This document shows positions 1 to 10,016 of a DNA stretch of 64,000 nt, one piece after another. The position numbers and the translations under genes are program-made. The notes beneath the pieces were generated by a model. The model worked only from the letters and a program-made list of their open reading frames with translations. It made no database searches and was not told the origin of the DNA. Origin of the DNA: an uncultured virus (IMG/VR IMGVR_UViG_3300026549_000072). Lineage: Duplodnaviria; Heunggongvirae; Uroviricota; Caudoviricetes. The stretch is taken from the IMG/VR virus record IMGVR_UViG_3300026549_000072; one strand, written 5' to 3'. Position 1 is the stretch's first letter. The number at the start of each line of letters is the position of its first letter.

Positions 1-99
1 TGCTTTCAGCCATACACCAATCGGGATGGCTTCGTTTGCATCAACATACAGCGGATACAGAACGCCATTCTTAATTCTAAAAAGCTTAAATCCTGTCAT
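1..99 (-). CDS. Hypothetical early protein (partial, runs off the window)
   Basis: ATG at 99 with an AGGAGG RBS; open frame MTGFKLFRIKNGVLYPLYVD to the window edge. Confidence 0.7.
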   Translation of the reverse strand, partial: MTGFKLFRIKNGVLYPLYVDANEAIPIGVWLKA

Positions 100-111
100 A
101 TTGTCCTCCTT

Positions 112-483
112 TCAGAACGCACCATCGACAATACAGTTACCGTTGTTGAACACCGCATAGCTGATAGGTGAATCCTCAATATCAAGATTGTTTACAGCTT
201 CATCAATGGCATCATCTTCATTTCTCGCTTTTACCGTGAGCGTTCTTGAAGTTGTATACGAAATCGTTACGTTATACTCTTTCATTTCCAAACCATCACC
301 AGAAGATGTATAACCACACTTCTCGCACTCCCATGTATCGTTTTCGTCTGGAAGATGTAGCACTGTCGGGCAGCTATCAACAGAGTTTTCAATGTAGTCT
401 CCGTTTTCATCAACAACCCATTTCTCTACGACATGAGCTGGTACGATAAACCTCTTACCACCACACTTAGGACAAATCTTCAT
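112..483 (-). CDS. Zn-ribbon hypothetical protein with DpnD/PcfM-like C-terminus (paralog of 525-896)
   Basis: CPKC...CEKC motifs; C-terminal YNVTIS..TLTVKARNEDDAIDEA; RBS present. Confidence 0.7.
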   Translation of the reverse strand: MKICPKCGGKRFIVPAHVVEKWVVDENGDYIENSVDSCPTVLHLPDENDTWECEKCGYTSSGDGLEMKEYNVTISYTTSRTLTVKARNEDDAIDEAVNNLDIEDSPISYAVFNNGNCIVDGAF

Positions 484-524
484 ATCGTTTACTTCCTTTC
501 TACATCTATATTGATTACGTTTGA

Positions 525-896
525 TTAAAACGTGTCTTCGAGAATTATGTTTTCGTTTTCATCTCGAACATAATAAGCCATTGGTATATCATCACTATCG
601 AGTTTTTGAACAATATTTTTTATTGCTACATCTATTGCTTCTTCTGCGTTACGAGCTTTGATTTTTCTTCTTTTATTTATTGAGACCGTTACTTCATACA
701 TTTTTTCTTCAAGGTCTATACCTCTTGCCACATGACCACACTTACAGCAAACCCATGTACTGTTGTCATCTTCATCTCTGATTGTTTCACTCTCAGTTAC
801 CTCGATCAGCTTTCCTTCTCCGTCTACCTTCCACATCTGGTCGAGAATAGCACGAACAAGGAACTGACTTCCGTTACACTTAGGACAAATCTTCAT
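525..896 (-). CDS. Zn-ribbon hypothetical protein (paralog of 112-483)
   Basis: Same MKICPKC start, same length (123 aa), KARNAEEAID motif. Confidence 0.7.
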   Translation of the reverse strand: MKICPKCNGSQFLVRAILDQMWKVDGEGKLIEVTESETIRDEDDNSTWVCCKCGHVARGIDLEEKMYEVTVSINKRRKIKARNAEEAIDVAIKNIVQKLDSDDIPMAYYVRDENENIILEDTF

Positions 897-924
897 GCTG
901 TGCTCCTTTCTACATCCGTTTTAA

Positions 925-1521
925 TTATGTATAATTATGAATAAAATTCCACCGATGCAATTCATCACCGACGTCAATCTTTATAACGCCATGGTCGAAT
1001 TCGCTTCCAACATATATATCCCTCGGTGCATCATAATCTTTATCGAGGAAATTGCTTGCATCTCTAAGCATAAACAGATAAGCGTCAGACTCAACATCGA
1101 AGTTAAAGATATCAAAATCTGTTGTGTCTTTATCTTTCCAACGCACAACAATGTATGGCTCCTTGACACTCCAGATTTCATATACCCCAGTATCATTATC
1201 ACTTGCATAACGAACAACGCCATCTTTAGAACCAACTTGTCTAAGTGTATCATTTTCGGGCAGATCATTAATCGCTTCGCTGAGAGTGTCATAAAAACTA
1301 TATTCAAGTTCTCCTCTGAATGTGTAGTTATGTCCAACAACAAGATATCTATCGTTAATCTCTCTCAGGCTTCCATTCTTCCCGGTTGCATCGTTCAAGA
1401 ATTCATTGAAACTCATGCAATCATACACTTTCGGGTTCTCTTTTGCGAACTCATAAAAATGTTCCCTCACTTCTATGAGTGTCATGACTTCGCCGGTCTC
1501 AATGTTCTCATACATCTTCAT
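925..1521 (-). CDS. Hypothetical acidic early protein
   Basis: 198-aa ORF with AGGAGG RBS, packed in the operon. Confidence 0.75.
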   Translation of the reverse strand: MKMYENIETGEVMTLIEVREHFYEFAKENPKVYDCMSFNEFLNDATGKNGSLREINDRYLVVGHNYTFRGELEYSFYDTLSEAINDLPENDTLRQVGSKDGVVRYASDNDTGVYEIWSVKEPYIVVRWKDKDTTDFDIFNFDVESDAYLFMLRDASNFLDKDYDAPRDIYVGSEFDHGVIKIDVGDELHRWNFIHNYT

Positions 1522-1559
1522 TTCATTTGCCTCCTAACAAACGCCTGTTTTTTGGTCGA

Positions 1560-1814
1560 TTAATTCGTAAATACAATTGCGTTGCCGAACATACCGATAC
1601 AATCGTTTCGTATAAGGAGTCCATTAAGCAGCGCAAAATCTACATTTTCAACTGTATACAAACTCCTATCCTCTATTTCATTGTGTATCTCATCCCAGTC
1701 TCCAAGAAGCTTGTTCGATTCAATCGCAATGTCTATTGCTTTATCTCGTAACGCCGTATCGATCAGGAACTGTGTCAGATCTGTTTCAAATGTAACAAGA
1801 ATAAGATTCATCAT
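1560..1814 (-). CDS. Hypothetical protein
   Basis: GGAGG RBS before ATG at 1814; TAA stop. Confidence 0.65.
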   Translation of the reverse strand: MMNLILVTFETDLTQFLIDTALRDKAIDIAIESNKLLGDWDEIHNEIEDRSLYTVENVDFALLNGLLIRNDCIGMFGNAIVFTN

Positions 1815-1816
1815 AG

Positions 1817-2086
1817 TTATTCCTCCGTTATCCAATCTTTAATTGCCATATTCGCAGTTTCCCAATAAGCCTCCCAGTATGTATCATTGAGGCCAAGATA
1901 TTTATCAAACAGCGGTTCAATTTCTTTTGCCAAATCAATTCGCTTCTCTTCATTTGGTTCAAGCTCACCGAGTTCATAAACACTTGCTAAGTCTTCAATT
2001 CTACAAATCTGATCGTATTCCCAGCTTGCCGATCTGATTTCATCTCTTGTCAGTTCAATTTCCTTGCCATCTCTAATAATCTTCAT
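1817..2086 (-). CDS. Hypothetical protein
   Basis: 89-aa ORF with AAGGAG RBS. Confidence 0.7.
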   Translation of the reverse strand: MKIIRDGKEIELTRDEIRSASWEYDQICRIEDLASVYELGELEPNEEKRIDLAKEIEPLFDKYLGLNDTYWEAYWETANMAIKDWITEE

Positions 2087-2110
2087 TCATTTATCTCCTT
2101 TCAATCTTTG

Positions 2111-2344
2111 TCACAGTGTACAATCCGAACTTCCGTAGTGACCATTAATGTTGCGGTATCCGTCTTCCTCAAGCTTCTCCCTCAGCATATCAACATCACG
2201 GCTGAGCTTCGCTTCTACTAATGTTGCACCTTCGGAACATCCACCATCCCAATTGACGAATGTTTTGGTTTCCGTATCAAACGTAACCATGTTGTAGCTA
2301 CCATCCTTACGGCAATAACCATAGTAGGCAACCTTGATTTTCAT
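2111..2344 (-). CDS. Hypothetical protein
   Basis: 77-aa ORF, ATGA overlap with the upstream gene. Confidence 0.65.
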   Translation of the reverse strand: MKIKVAYYGYCRKDGSYNMVTFDTETKTFVNWDGGCSEGATLVEAKLSRDVDMLREKLEEDGYRNINGHYGSSDCTL

Positions 2345-2562
2345 TCTATATACCTCACTTTCCTTGTTTTGCCGTTACCAAACAGCATATATTGACACTC
2401 AGTACAGTAGCCGAATTTCAAAAACTCTCTTTCTGTTGGGTTTAACTCAGGAAATAAATCCTGAATCGGAACAAGACCAATCATGTCTGCCTTGTCTCTA
2501 TCAACGTTCATATAACTCTGACTTTTACATATCGGACAAATTCTCACAGCTTTGATTTTCAT
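2341..2562 (-). CDS. Small Zn-finger hypothetical protein
   Basis: CPIC...CTEC; translational coupling with neighbours. Confidence 0.7.
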   Translation of the reverse strand: MKIKAVRICPICKSQSYMNVDRDKADMIGLVPIQDLFPELNPTEREFLKFGYCTECQYMLFGNGKTRKVRYIE

Positions 2563-2798
2563 ACAAACACCTCCCTTATTTCACATCCAGGCCAACTAAG
2601 TTTGTAAATTCTCTTTGATACCTCAACGATGCTTTCTACTTCCTGCGGTAAATGAACCTCATCAACGCTGGAATAATATCCATTGTCACGCAAATACGAT
2701 AAGGAGTTTTCAATACGTGACAGGACTTCATATGCTTTGTCAAGGTTCTCTTTCTCAGTTTCCTCAATCTTTACATCAACGTTGATTTCAGTTTTCAT
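2559..2798 (-). CDS. Hypothetical protein
   Basis: 79-aa ORF with RBS, overlapping neighbours. Confidence 0.65.
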   Translation of the reverse strand: MKTEINVDVKIEETEKENLDKAYEVLSRIENSLSYLRDNGYYSSVDEVHLPQEVESIVEVSKRIYKLSWPGCEIREVFV

Positions 2799-3057
2799 TT
2801 TTCTTTCCTCCCCACTCAGAAATTCCCCATCTACCTACACTATCAACCACAGCTCCGTCAAACCAGATTTGAACATCTTCGTTCTCATAGTCCTTGCCGT
2901 TGTCGATGGCTTCAGCAAGAGCGTCCACATCAATGTCTCCGCCGCCTTTGCGTTTGACATCTTTAATCATTGTCTTCAGTGCGTTACGATATTTCCTACT
3001 TGCACCAATGATTTCATAATCATAATCAAAGTAAGAATCACGAATTACATAGAACAT
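2788..3057 (-). CDS. Hypothetical protein
   Basis: GGAGG RBS before ATG at 3057 (MFYVIRD). Confidence 0.65.
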   Translation of the reverse strand: MFYVIRDSYFDYDYEIIGASRKYRNALKTMIKDVKRKGGGDIDVDALAEAIDNGKDYENEDVQIWFDGAVVDSVGRWGISEWGGKKNEN

Positions 3058-3059
3058 AT

Positions 3060-3512
3060 TTAAACCTCCCTTTTGATAATCTGCCACATCTCCCATTCGC
3101 ATCCAGTATCAACACAAGTACTTCCATCGTCCTGAGTGACTTCCCTGTACTCAGGGTCATTTTCCTCAATCCAGGCATAGTTTGATTCGGCTTTCATAAT
3201 TTCGTTTGCCTCTTCAAACGTATCAAACTGTCGCACTGTGAAATCGACTCCGTTATAAGCGTGCCACCATACAAGGATATATGGCTTTTCGTTGAGGTCG
3301 TAGCATTCATACACAATAAAGTTCGGATAATCTGAAAGTGGACTATCGTAGTAATACCCAGTAAATCTGTTCTCTTCTCTTTCTATTTCGAAGCATTCAT
3401 ATCCTTCATTTGCGATTTTTTCGAACTGCTCAAACGCTTTATCTTTTGTTTCTACAAACTCGTAATCCAAATCTGTATAGTGGTCACCATCAATCCCAAC
3501 AAGAATTTTCAT
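3060..3512 (-). CDS. Hypothetical acidic protein
   Basis: AAGGAG RBS before MKILVG; shares a PYI-x-V-x-W...DF segment with 925-1521. Confidence 0.7.
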   Translation of the reverse strand: MKILVGIDGDHYTDLDYEFVETKDKAFEQFEKIANEGYECFEIEREENRFTGYYYDSPLSDYPNFIVYECYDLNEKPYILVWWHAYNGVDFTVRQFDTFEEANEIMKAESNYAWIEENDPEYREVTQDDGSTCVDTGCEWEMWQIIKREV

Positions 3513-3523
3513 AAACTCTCCTT

Positions 3524-4120
3524 TCAAATTTTCTTGTAGTCAGGTTCTCTTTTCCATCCGTTGAACTTATAAAACTCGCATTCATCAACGGATACTCCGC
3601 ACTGGTCTGCGAGATCGACTTTCATTTTCTCTTCGTCCCACTCACAGGAGTAAACGCTGATTCTTGAGTCTTCATCTTCAACAATCCATTCGCTTCCGTT
3701 GTTGAAGTAGGCGGTTTCAAACCATTCGACAAAGTCTTCTCCTTTAGAAACAGGGAAGTATACACGGTTCCACTCACCCTGTACACATCCTCTGATTTCC
3801 CTGGTATCGTATTCGTTACCAGTCAAAGCTTGAAGCAACTTCGTTATGACTGTTTCACTACGGTATTTATATTCCGCCATATAATTGAAAGCTGTTTCCA
3901 AAGCATCCCAGTCTACGACACCAAAACACCTTACAACATTCTCGATGTCGTATTCATCTTCGATAATCCGCTCTGCTTTTTTAAAAGCCTCTGATTTATG
4001 AGAACGGTAGTCTTTATTTCCAGTTACACTTACATCCTCAAGCCAGTAGCCGGGTTCAAAATCCCAGTCATCAATCGGGCTTTCTCTGTGTTCGGGCGCA
4101 ACCTCATAAAACTTAATCAT
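3524..4120 (-). CDS. Hypothetical acidic protein
   Basis: 198-aa ORF with RBS. Confidence 0.75.
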   Translation of the reverse strand: MIKFYEVAPEHRESPIDDWDFEPGYWLEDVSVTGNKDYRSHKSEAFKKAERIIEDEYDIENVVRCFGVVDWDALETAFNYMAEYKYRSETVITKLLQALTGNEYDTREIRGCVQGEWNRVYFPVSKGEDFVEWFETAYFNNGSEWIVEDEDSRISVYSCEWDEEKMKVDLADQCGVSVDECEFYKFNGWKREPDYKKI

Positions 4121-4464
4121 ATTCCTTCTCCTTTCAGATTGAGTTCGGTAATTCCAAGTTGCTTGCGAGTCTCAGCAACAGACATCCACAGTATCTTTTT
4201 GTTTGCGTTCCAGAGAACGCTTTCACTGATTCCAATCAAGTCATCAGCCGTACCGCCAGCAATGACTTTGATAGTTTCATTATTGGGGAGTATGATTTCC
4301 GCAGTGCAATCCCAATAAAAGCAGTCCTGCTTCTTGTCGTTCTGCATTGTCGGGTCGTTTGCGAAGACACACTTATAATCAATCCCGTTTTCAGTCAGAA
4401 CATCTTCAATCCATTTCCTTACGGCTCTGCGAACAAGTTCTATCGCCAACTTTTTATATGTCAT
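4117..4464 (-). CDS. Hypothetical protein
   Basis: 115-aa ORF, AAGGAG RBS. Confidence 0.7.
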   Translation of the reverse strand: MTYKKLAIELVRRAVRKWIEDVLTENGIDYKCVFANDPTMQNDKKQDCFYWDCTAEIILPNNETIKVIAGGTADDLIGISESVLWNANKKILWMSVAETRKQLGITELNLKGEGI

Positions 4465-4549
4465 AGTTCTCCTTTCTGGCCTGTCTCATCAGTTGTGGTA
4501 GGCCATCTCCACAAGAAGCCGGGAAAATCCCGGCGTTTCGACTCACTTG

Positions 4550-5164
4550 TTATACTTTCTGCACTCCGTAAGCACCAATCAAGAAGCACTCAGCATTTCC
4601 CCATGTTGTCGTTGCCTCAACATATACAAGCATGTCAGACTTGTATGTCTGATGAGGAGAAATTGCCAGTACTGTACAAACTTCGCCTTCCGCAATATCC
4701 TTACCATACGCATACATGGCAATCTTTAACTTGTCTTCTACGTTTTCAGCGACCCATTCAGGATAGGTCGTGTACAGAGCGCCGCTATTGATAATCTTTA
4801 CTCTATCTCCAACGTGGATTTCCTTTTCTGACAGCTTCTCAACCGCAAGTCGAACCGAACGGTTGAGATCATCACTGCATTTCACTTCTGCCTTTTCTCC
4901 AGAAATGAGGTTTTCAGCGACCATCTTGTCACCAATCTTTGTTACTTGAATGACAAACTCAGCCGGTTCAAGGTCTTCATCAGACCACCACCATCCATCT
5001 CCGTTATTCTCGTTTTCATCCTCCTCCATCTGGTAGGAGTCTTCATCTTTATAGTTAATGGTCATGACCCTTCCTAGCCACTTATCCATCTCACCATCTA
5101 CATTCCATGTTCCACCTCTTCTTGCCACAATAACCTTATCCCCTACGTCAAATCTCATCTTCAT
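4550..5164 (-). CDS. Hypothetical protein with two SH3/KOW-like repeats
   Basis: FDVGDKVIV and IHVGDRVKI segments. Confidence 0.65.
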   Translation of the reverse strand: MKMRFDVGDKVIVARRGGTWNVDGEMDKWLGRVMTINYKDEDSYQMEEDENENNGDGWWWSDEDLEPAEFVIQVTKIGDKMVAENLISGEKAEVKCSDDLNRSVRLAVEKLSEKEIHVGDRVKIINSGALYTTYPEWVAENVEDKLKIAMYAYGKDIAEGEVCTVLAISPHQTYKSDMLVYVEATTTWGNAECFLIGAYGVQKV

Positions 5165-5595
5165 TCTGCCTTCTCCTTTCTGTTTGACCTGTCATTTTCC
5201 CACGTCAGAGTTCCCTCTTTGGTTCCAGCAATCAACTCGCTATTGCCATCCATACACTCATCAAACTGCCTTGCGAGTCCATCAATGGTTTTCTCATACG
5301 TGTCTTTGAGATAACCATAGAACCCACTCACACAATCATACGGTGTTCCGTTGTCTGTCTCTCCGTATCCTGTGTCCTTTCCAAGAAGGAAGTAATATGC
5401 GTTAATTGCATACTTTCCACCGAAACAAAAGGCTTCACTTTCAAATCCATTGTCCTCAATTATTGTGAGGTCACAACATACAGCTCCCTGTTCGATCCTT
5501 CCAAGGTAATCATTGTTGGACTCCCATGTGCCTGTGGCAGCTGCTTTCATAAGCATCTCATACGTGTGTCTTGAAAATTCGATTGTTTTATTCAT
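5161..5595 (-). CDS. Hypothetical protein
   Basis: 144-aa ORF, AAGGAG RBS. Confidence 0.7.
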   Translation of the reverse strand: MNKTIEFSRHTYEMLMKAAATGTWESNNDYLGRIEQGAVCCDLTIIEDNGFESEAFCFGGKYAINAYYFLLGKDTGYGETDNGTPYDCVSGFYGYLKDTYEKTIDGLARQFDECMDGNSELIAGTKEGTLTWENDRSNRKEKAE

Positions 5596-5666
5596 GTTTT
5601 ATTCTCCTTTTCTTCATCCGTTTTAATTACTTGCCGGTATTACCCGACCGGCGGCGGGATAACTCC

Positions 5667-6602
5667 TTACGCTACGGCAAGCACGATATCTCTTGCCTTA
5701 TCAAGCATCTCATTCCCCTGAATCTGAGACGCAAACCTGTTTTTCTTCCAGTCCTTGGTCTCACGACCGGGTTCGCTATGGTCAACGTAGTCAGCCACAG
5801 CCTGGACGAGTCTCGCTCCGTTGAAGCCGATACCCTGAAGGTCAGGTGCCTTCTGATAGCGATAACGCAGCTCCGCTCTCTGCTCCATCTTGGTCTCGAT
5901 CTGACGAGGACTCATGGTGTCCTCATCTACCTTGAACAGAGCAGGAAGTACCACTTTCTCAAACTGGATGGGCGAAATCTTGACCATTGCAAGTTTCTCC
6001 ATTTCCTTGTCAAGCGCCTTCATATAGGCATCAGCCAATCCGAGAACCTGCCTTGCCTCATCAATCTTTGCGCTGACACTTCCTTTGTGAATAAAGGAGA
6101 AGCACCGTTTCGCTGACTTGATTGCGAGGTTAAGCGTGTTACTGCAAATGACTCTCGTGAAAGTGAGAGCCACCTTCACAGAACCGCTTCCGTCATGGGT
6201 GTTCATAAACACCACATAAGGAGCAATCTCATCTCCGAGAATCTTATAGTCGCCGGGAAGAATTCCTTCAAGCCAGAGCTTCTCTCCCTTACCGAAGTAC
6301 CCAGCGGTTTCATAAGTCATACCGGCACCGACCAACTCATCGGTAAATGAGAAAGCTTCTGCGTTCTGGACGATGGTGTACTGCTTACCAACAATACCCA
6401 GAACATCATTGGTATCATCCCTTACAGTTGCGAACTTATCCGGGATGTAAATCCCATCAAGCGTGGCAATTTCCTTCTTTACAACATTAAAACCGAGACC
6501 AGCCATAGCCATTGCAGTTGCGCTGTCTCTTGCACCAACAATAGACTCACCAATACCATCACTGCTCTTCCGACGAGAATCAAACATACGAGTAGCGAAC
6601 AT
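5667..6602 (-). CDS. DUF932 family phage/plasmid-like protein
   Basis: ATVRDDTNDVLGIVGKQYTIVQNAEAF, NTHDGSGS and RVICSNTL motifs typical of DUF932. Confidence 0.85.
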   Translation of the reverse strand: MFATRMFDSRRKSSDGIGESIVGARDSATAMAMAGLGFNVVKKEIATLDGIYIPDKFATVRDDTNDVLGIVGKQYTIVQNAEAFSFTDELVGAGMTYETAGYFGKGEKLWLEGILPGDYKILGDEIAPYVVFMNTHDGSGSVKVALTFTRVICSNTLNLAIKSAKRCFSFIHKGSVSAKIDEARQVLGLADAYMKALDKEMEKLAMVKISPIQFEKVVLPALFKVDEDTMSPRQIETKMEQRAELRYRYQKAPDLQGIGFNGARLVQAVADYVDHSEPGRETKDWKKNRFASQIQGNEMLDKARDIVLAVA

Positions 6603-6667
6603 ATTTTTTACCTCCGTTTTGTAATTTATACTTAGTTTCGGTTGACGAGTTCCATATTCAGTTGTAA

Positions 6668-7078
6668 TTACACTCTCATTACAAGCGGAATCGCTTCTTC
6701 CGCTTCCTGACAGCTTTCATATTCTCCGTATATCACCATTCCGTTTTTGGAGATGCTGTCACGGTCTTCTTCGTACAGTATCATTGCATCAGTTATATCC
6801 ATAGTTCTGTTGTCCCAATTGGGGTTTGCCGCTGAAATATAACTCCCCCCACACTGCAAGATAATGTAGTGTGTGCCATATTTTGCGACGGTATAACAGA
6901 CTTCGATATCCGTTACTTCTCCGTCTTCTTCTTTTGTATCTTCGCAAAGCTCCACCAGTTCTTCCGCACTTGTCGGATTGAACTGAAGCACCCATCCGCT
7001 TTCGAAAGTACAGTTATAAGCCCCAGGCCCACAAAACTTTGCCTTGATTTCTTCGCTTCCCATTGTTTTCTCCTTCAC
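6668..7078 (-). CDS. Hypothetical protein
   Basis: Acidic ORF in the early operon; start uncertain. Confidence 0.65.
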   Translation of the reverse strand: MKEKTMGSEEIKAKFCGPGAYNCTFESGWVLQFNPTSAEELVELCEDTKEEDGEVTDIEVCYTVAKYGTHYIILQCGGSYISAANPNWDNRTMDITDAMILYEEDRDSISKNGMVIYGEYESCQEAEEAIPLVMRV

Positions 7079-7542
7079 AACAGTTCGTCCGGGTTTGTGT
7101 CAAACAAAAACCCTTCCAATTCGGGCGACCACTTGCCGCCTCTTGCTTTTAATTCGGCTTTGATTGCGTTGAAGGTTTCCGCATCTACATCAGAGCAAAT
7201 CGTCATCTTATAACAGGTGGTGACGATGTACTTGATTGGCGGCTTCTTCTCTTCCTTTTTGATGCAGTCAATAGCGGCTGCGACCGGGTCAAATTCAGAT
7301 ACGGTAGGTTTGCCTATCGGAATATCGACCATATTTGTACCGAGTTTCAGCTTCGCATCTGCCTGTCTCTTATACTCAGGCGGATTTGGATTCCGCCTCG
7401 GCTTCGGTTTCGGCTTTGTCTTCGGAACATCAGCCGGGATAAGTTCCCTAAGTTCCTCTTCGGTTGCGTTTGCGATTGTTTCTTCAACGCTCGCTTCGTC
7501 ATAACCGATTGACAACAGGTACTGGCGTGCTTTCTCTTTCAT
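7075..7542 (-). CDS. Hypothetical protein
   Basis: 155-aa ORF with AAGGAGG RBS directly downstream of a promoter. Confidence 0.75.
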   Translation of the reverse strand: MKEKARQYLLSIGYDEASVEETIANATEEELRELIPADVPKTKPKPKPRRNPNPPEYKRQADAKLKLGTNMVDIPIGKPTVSEFDPVAAAIDCIKKEEKKPPIKYIVTTCYKMTICSDVDAETFNAIKAELKARGGKWSPELEGFLFDTNPDELL

Positions 7543-7570
7543 GTTTTAACCTCCTTCATCTATATTGATT

Positions 7571-7599
7571 ACTTTAGCTGAAATAAAGCTTAATGTCAA
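7571..7599 (-). promoter_or_regulatory. Sigma-A-type promoter flanked by two copies of a 15-bp motif
   Basis: Minus strand TTGACA-17 nt-TAAAGT; TAATCAAWATAGATG at 7600-7614 and 7557-7571. Confidence 0.75.
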
Positions 7600-7616
7600 C
7601 ATCTATTTTGATTATA

Positions 7617-8456
7617 TTAACGCAACTTTTCCCTGATATACACCTCCGTTTTCTTTGCTTTCTTTCCATAGCATTTCATGCAGTTACGGCACTTAATACC
7701 TGCACAATTACTCGGCGTTCCGTCATTATAGACAGTAAAGATTTTGTCTGCAAAAGGTACTGATTCTACCTTCACCTCGGTATTGAGCATAGGCGAGCTG
7801 AATACCATCACCATGTTGTTTGGCTTCTTTATTGTCTCAAATGCTGGATTGTAGTATTTCGCTTTCTTTGTCCAGGCACTGAGTACAGTTCCCTTATTCT
7901 TCTTTGCAATCTGGATCATATTGATTGCCGCAAAGACACTACCGGCATCTCCGAAAGACTCGCCTCTTGCAATGTCATCATCTAGTGTCGGAAGGTCTTG
8001 CTTGTCAAGCACACCAAGATTCATGATTGCATAGTTTCTGGTGCAGTGTTCCCTTAAGCCTTTCCGCATCTTTAAGAGAGTTTCTGCATAGCACTTCTCG
8101 CAGATACTCCCTTTGACTTTTGCCATCTCCTCACAATCCTTATTGCATCCCTTATCGGTATTGATGGACACAATGCCTTCCATTTTTGTCCCGTCGGAAT
8201 GTACCGTGATATGGATTGACTTCTCCGGGTCTTTCACAATCCTTTTCAGAGCATGGTACACAACCTCATTTTCATCTTCGCTTACCTTCCCAAGAATATA
8301 GTCAATCCGAATTCTGTTGACCATTCTTGAGATGTCACATTTCCTTGTTTTGACGATGGTCTCTTCCTTCACTGCTTTGTATTCTTTATCAACAAAATCC
8401 ATATACCTGATAACAACTTTCATACTACTTCCTTTCTGGATAATCATCCCATGCAT
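7617..8456 (-). CDS. GP88-like Cys-rich (Fe-S/radical-SAM-related) protein
   Basis: CNKDC...SICEKCYA, GESFGD, WTK and C-terminal CAGIKCRNCMKCY. Confidence 0.6.
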   Translation of the reverse strand: MHGMIIQKGSSMKVVIRYMDFVDKEYKAVKEETIVKTRKCDISRMVNRIRIDYILGKVSEDENEVVYHALKRIVKDPEKSIHITVHSDGTKMEGIVSINTDKGCNKDCEEMAKVKGSICEKCYAETLLKMRKGLREHCTRNYAIMNLGVLDKQDLPTLDDDIARGESFGDAGSVFAAINMIQIAKKNKGTVLSAWTKKAKYYNPAFETIKKPNNMVMVFSSPMLNTEVKVESVPFADKIFTVYNDGTPSNCAGIKCRNCMKCYGKKAKKTEVYIREKLR

Positions 8457-8551
8457 GTTTATTGGCTCAAAGAAAGGGACAAGCTTTCGCTTTCGCTTGG
8501 CTTATCCCCAACGTTCAGACAATAAATCACATCTATTTTGATTATCTTTGT

Positions 8552-9343
8552 TTAACGGTCGAGACCTCTACCGATTCCGTTGCGACGCAGGACTACACTA
8601 ACGGCTCTCTGGGAAATCCCAACAATCTGTGCAATCTGTCTTTGAGGCAACCCATCTGTTGAAAGACATATGATTGTGGCTTCCATTTCCTTCGTTACCT
8701 TACGATTAGAACCAGGCCCCGGCGTCTCCACTCCACGTCTTCTCAGAATGCGGCCAACTGCTGCCGGAGAGAGGTCGAACTCTTTGGCTACCTGTTTTCC
8801 GTTACGTACCTCGGCGTATCGCCGAACAATGGCATCGGCATCATAGGCGAGGTTTGGAGATTTACGTCGGTGCTGATCCTGCATTGCCATCCATTCTGTC
8901 GCATAATCCACCGCTTCCTCATCCATCCAGTAGGAGAATGAGTCTCCCTGATACTCAGGACAACCGCATTTCTTGACCATATCCTGAGTGATTCGGATAC
9001 AGTCGCCACGACGGATTCCATCAACCATTGCAACAAACCCTTCTGGGTTGTATTTGCCGTTGAGGGCGATGTAGATATCCCTCGCCAACCACAGTTCTTT
9101 TATCACACCACGATATGTATACGTGATATGCCATAACTTGGAAGGCTGCTTCTTGCTATCATCTGCCTTTGCCTTCATCAGCTCGATCATTGCCTTCTCA
9201 AGAGCGGACTGCATCTTCTCGCTTTCGGCTTCCATTGCATCCAGCGTCACTCTTACAGAAGCAATCTGCTCCTTCATATTCTTGTGGTTCTTTGCCAGCT
9301 CAGCGATGATAGCCTCGATGTTGGTTGTGGTGGTCTTTTTCAT
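8552..9343 (-). CDS. Coiled-coil plus tandem HTH DNA-binding protein
   Basis: GKQVAKEFDLSPAAVGRILRRRGV and QRQIAQIVGISQRAVSVVLRRNGI helix-turn-helix repeats. Confidence 0.75.
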   Translation of the reverse strand: MKKTTTTNIEAIIAELAKNHKNMKEQIASVRVTLDAMEAESEKMQSALEKAMIELMKAKADDSKKQPSKLWHITYTYRGVIKELWLARDIYIALNGKYNPEGFVAMVDGIRRGDCIRITQDMVKKCGCPEYQGDSFSYWMDEEAVDYATEWMAMQDQHRRKSPNLAYDADAIVRRYAEVRNGKQVAKEFDLSPAAVGRILRRRGVETPGPGSNRKVTKEMEATIICLSTDGLPQRQIAQIVGISQRAVSVVLRRNGIGRGLDR

Positions 9344-9394
9344 AGTGTTCTCCTTTTCTGCCGATTTCGGCTAAAATATTTTTTTGTTAAAATA

Positions 9395-9423
9395 GCCCTA
9401 TGTGGAGTCGAACCACACAGGGC
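9395..9423 (-). ncRNA. tRNA minihelix-like hairpin (acceptor-like stem stacked on a T-arm)
   Basis: Minus strand GCCCTG-TGTGG-TTCGACT-CCACA-TAGGGC in an intergenic position. Confidence 0.45.
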
Positions 9424-10016
9424 CTGGTTTGCGTTGTAAAGATTAACCCCAAGGATTTGAATCCTCAGAGTCATGCCTATACTCAATGCTTTCGCCGGTT
9501 ACCTTGTAAGCATAAGCAAAAGCAAAGTTCACCTCTTCACTCTGTGGCGGAGTATTTCGCTTCTCTTCCATTTCGTAAATCCTCTTGTAGTTTTTCCACG
9601 CTCTCGTCATTCTGCTGCCCATTGTTTTTCTCCTTTTAGAAATTTGGCGTGTTCCCGAGCTTCACAATAAAAACGGGATCGTGGAAGTCAGAAAGCTTGA
9701 CCCACCATCCCCACTTTTCCGTTTTGATTCTCCCTTTGAATTCAGGGAGTTTTGGTTTTATGAATTTAATCACGGCTCTTCTCCTTTCACAACAATAATC
9801 CAATCCCCAGATTCGGCTTTTTCTTTTGCCTCTTCTTCATCTTTCGCTTCTACTATGACTTCAAAGATGTATTCATCATTGTTCATTCTTCGGCTTCCCT
9901 TCTGATATCGTTCAGAACAGCCTGAGCTGCCTTGTAGTAGCTGACCTGCTGGTCAAGTGTCAGTTCCGTGTTACTTGACATTCCGAGATAGTAAAGATAC
10001 CAATTAATTTTGTCAC

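Noticed and set aside
9446..9471. Second T-loop-like hairpin (GAGGATTCAAATCCTT) next to the minihelix
   Set aside because: It lies in the last codons of a small minus-strand ORF, and the loop geometry is not a canonical T-arm.
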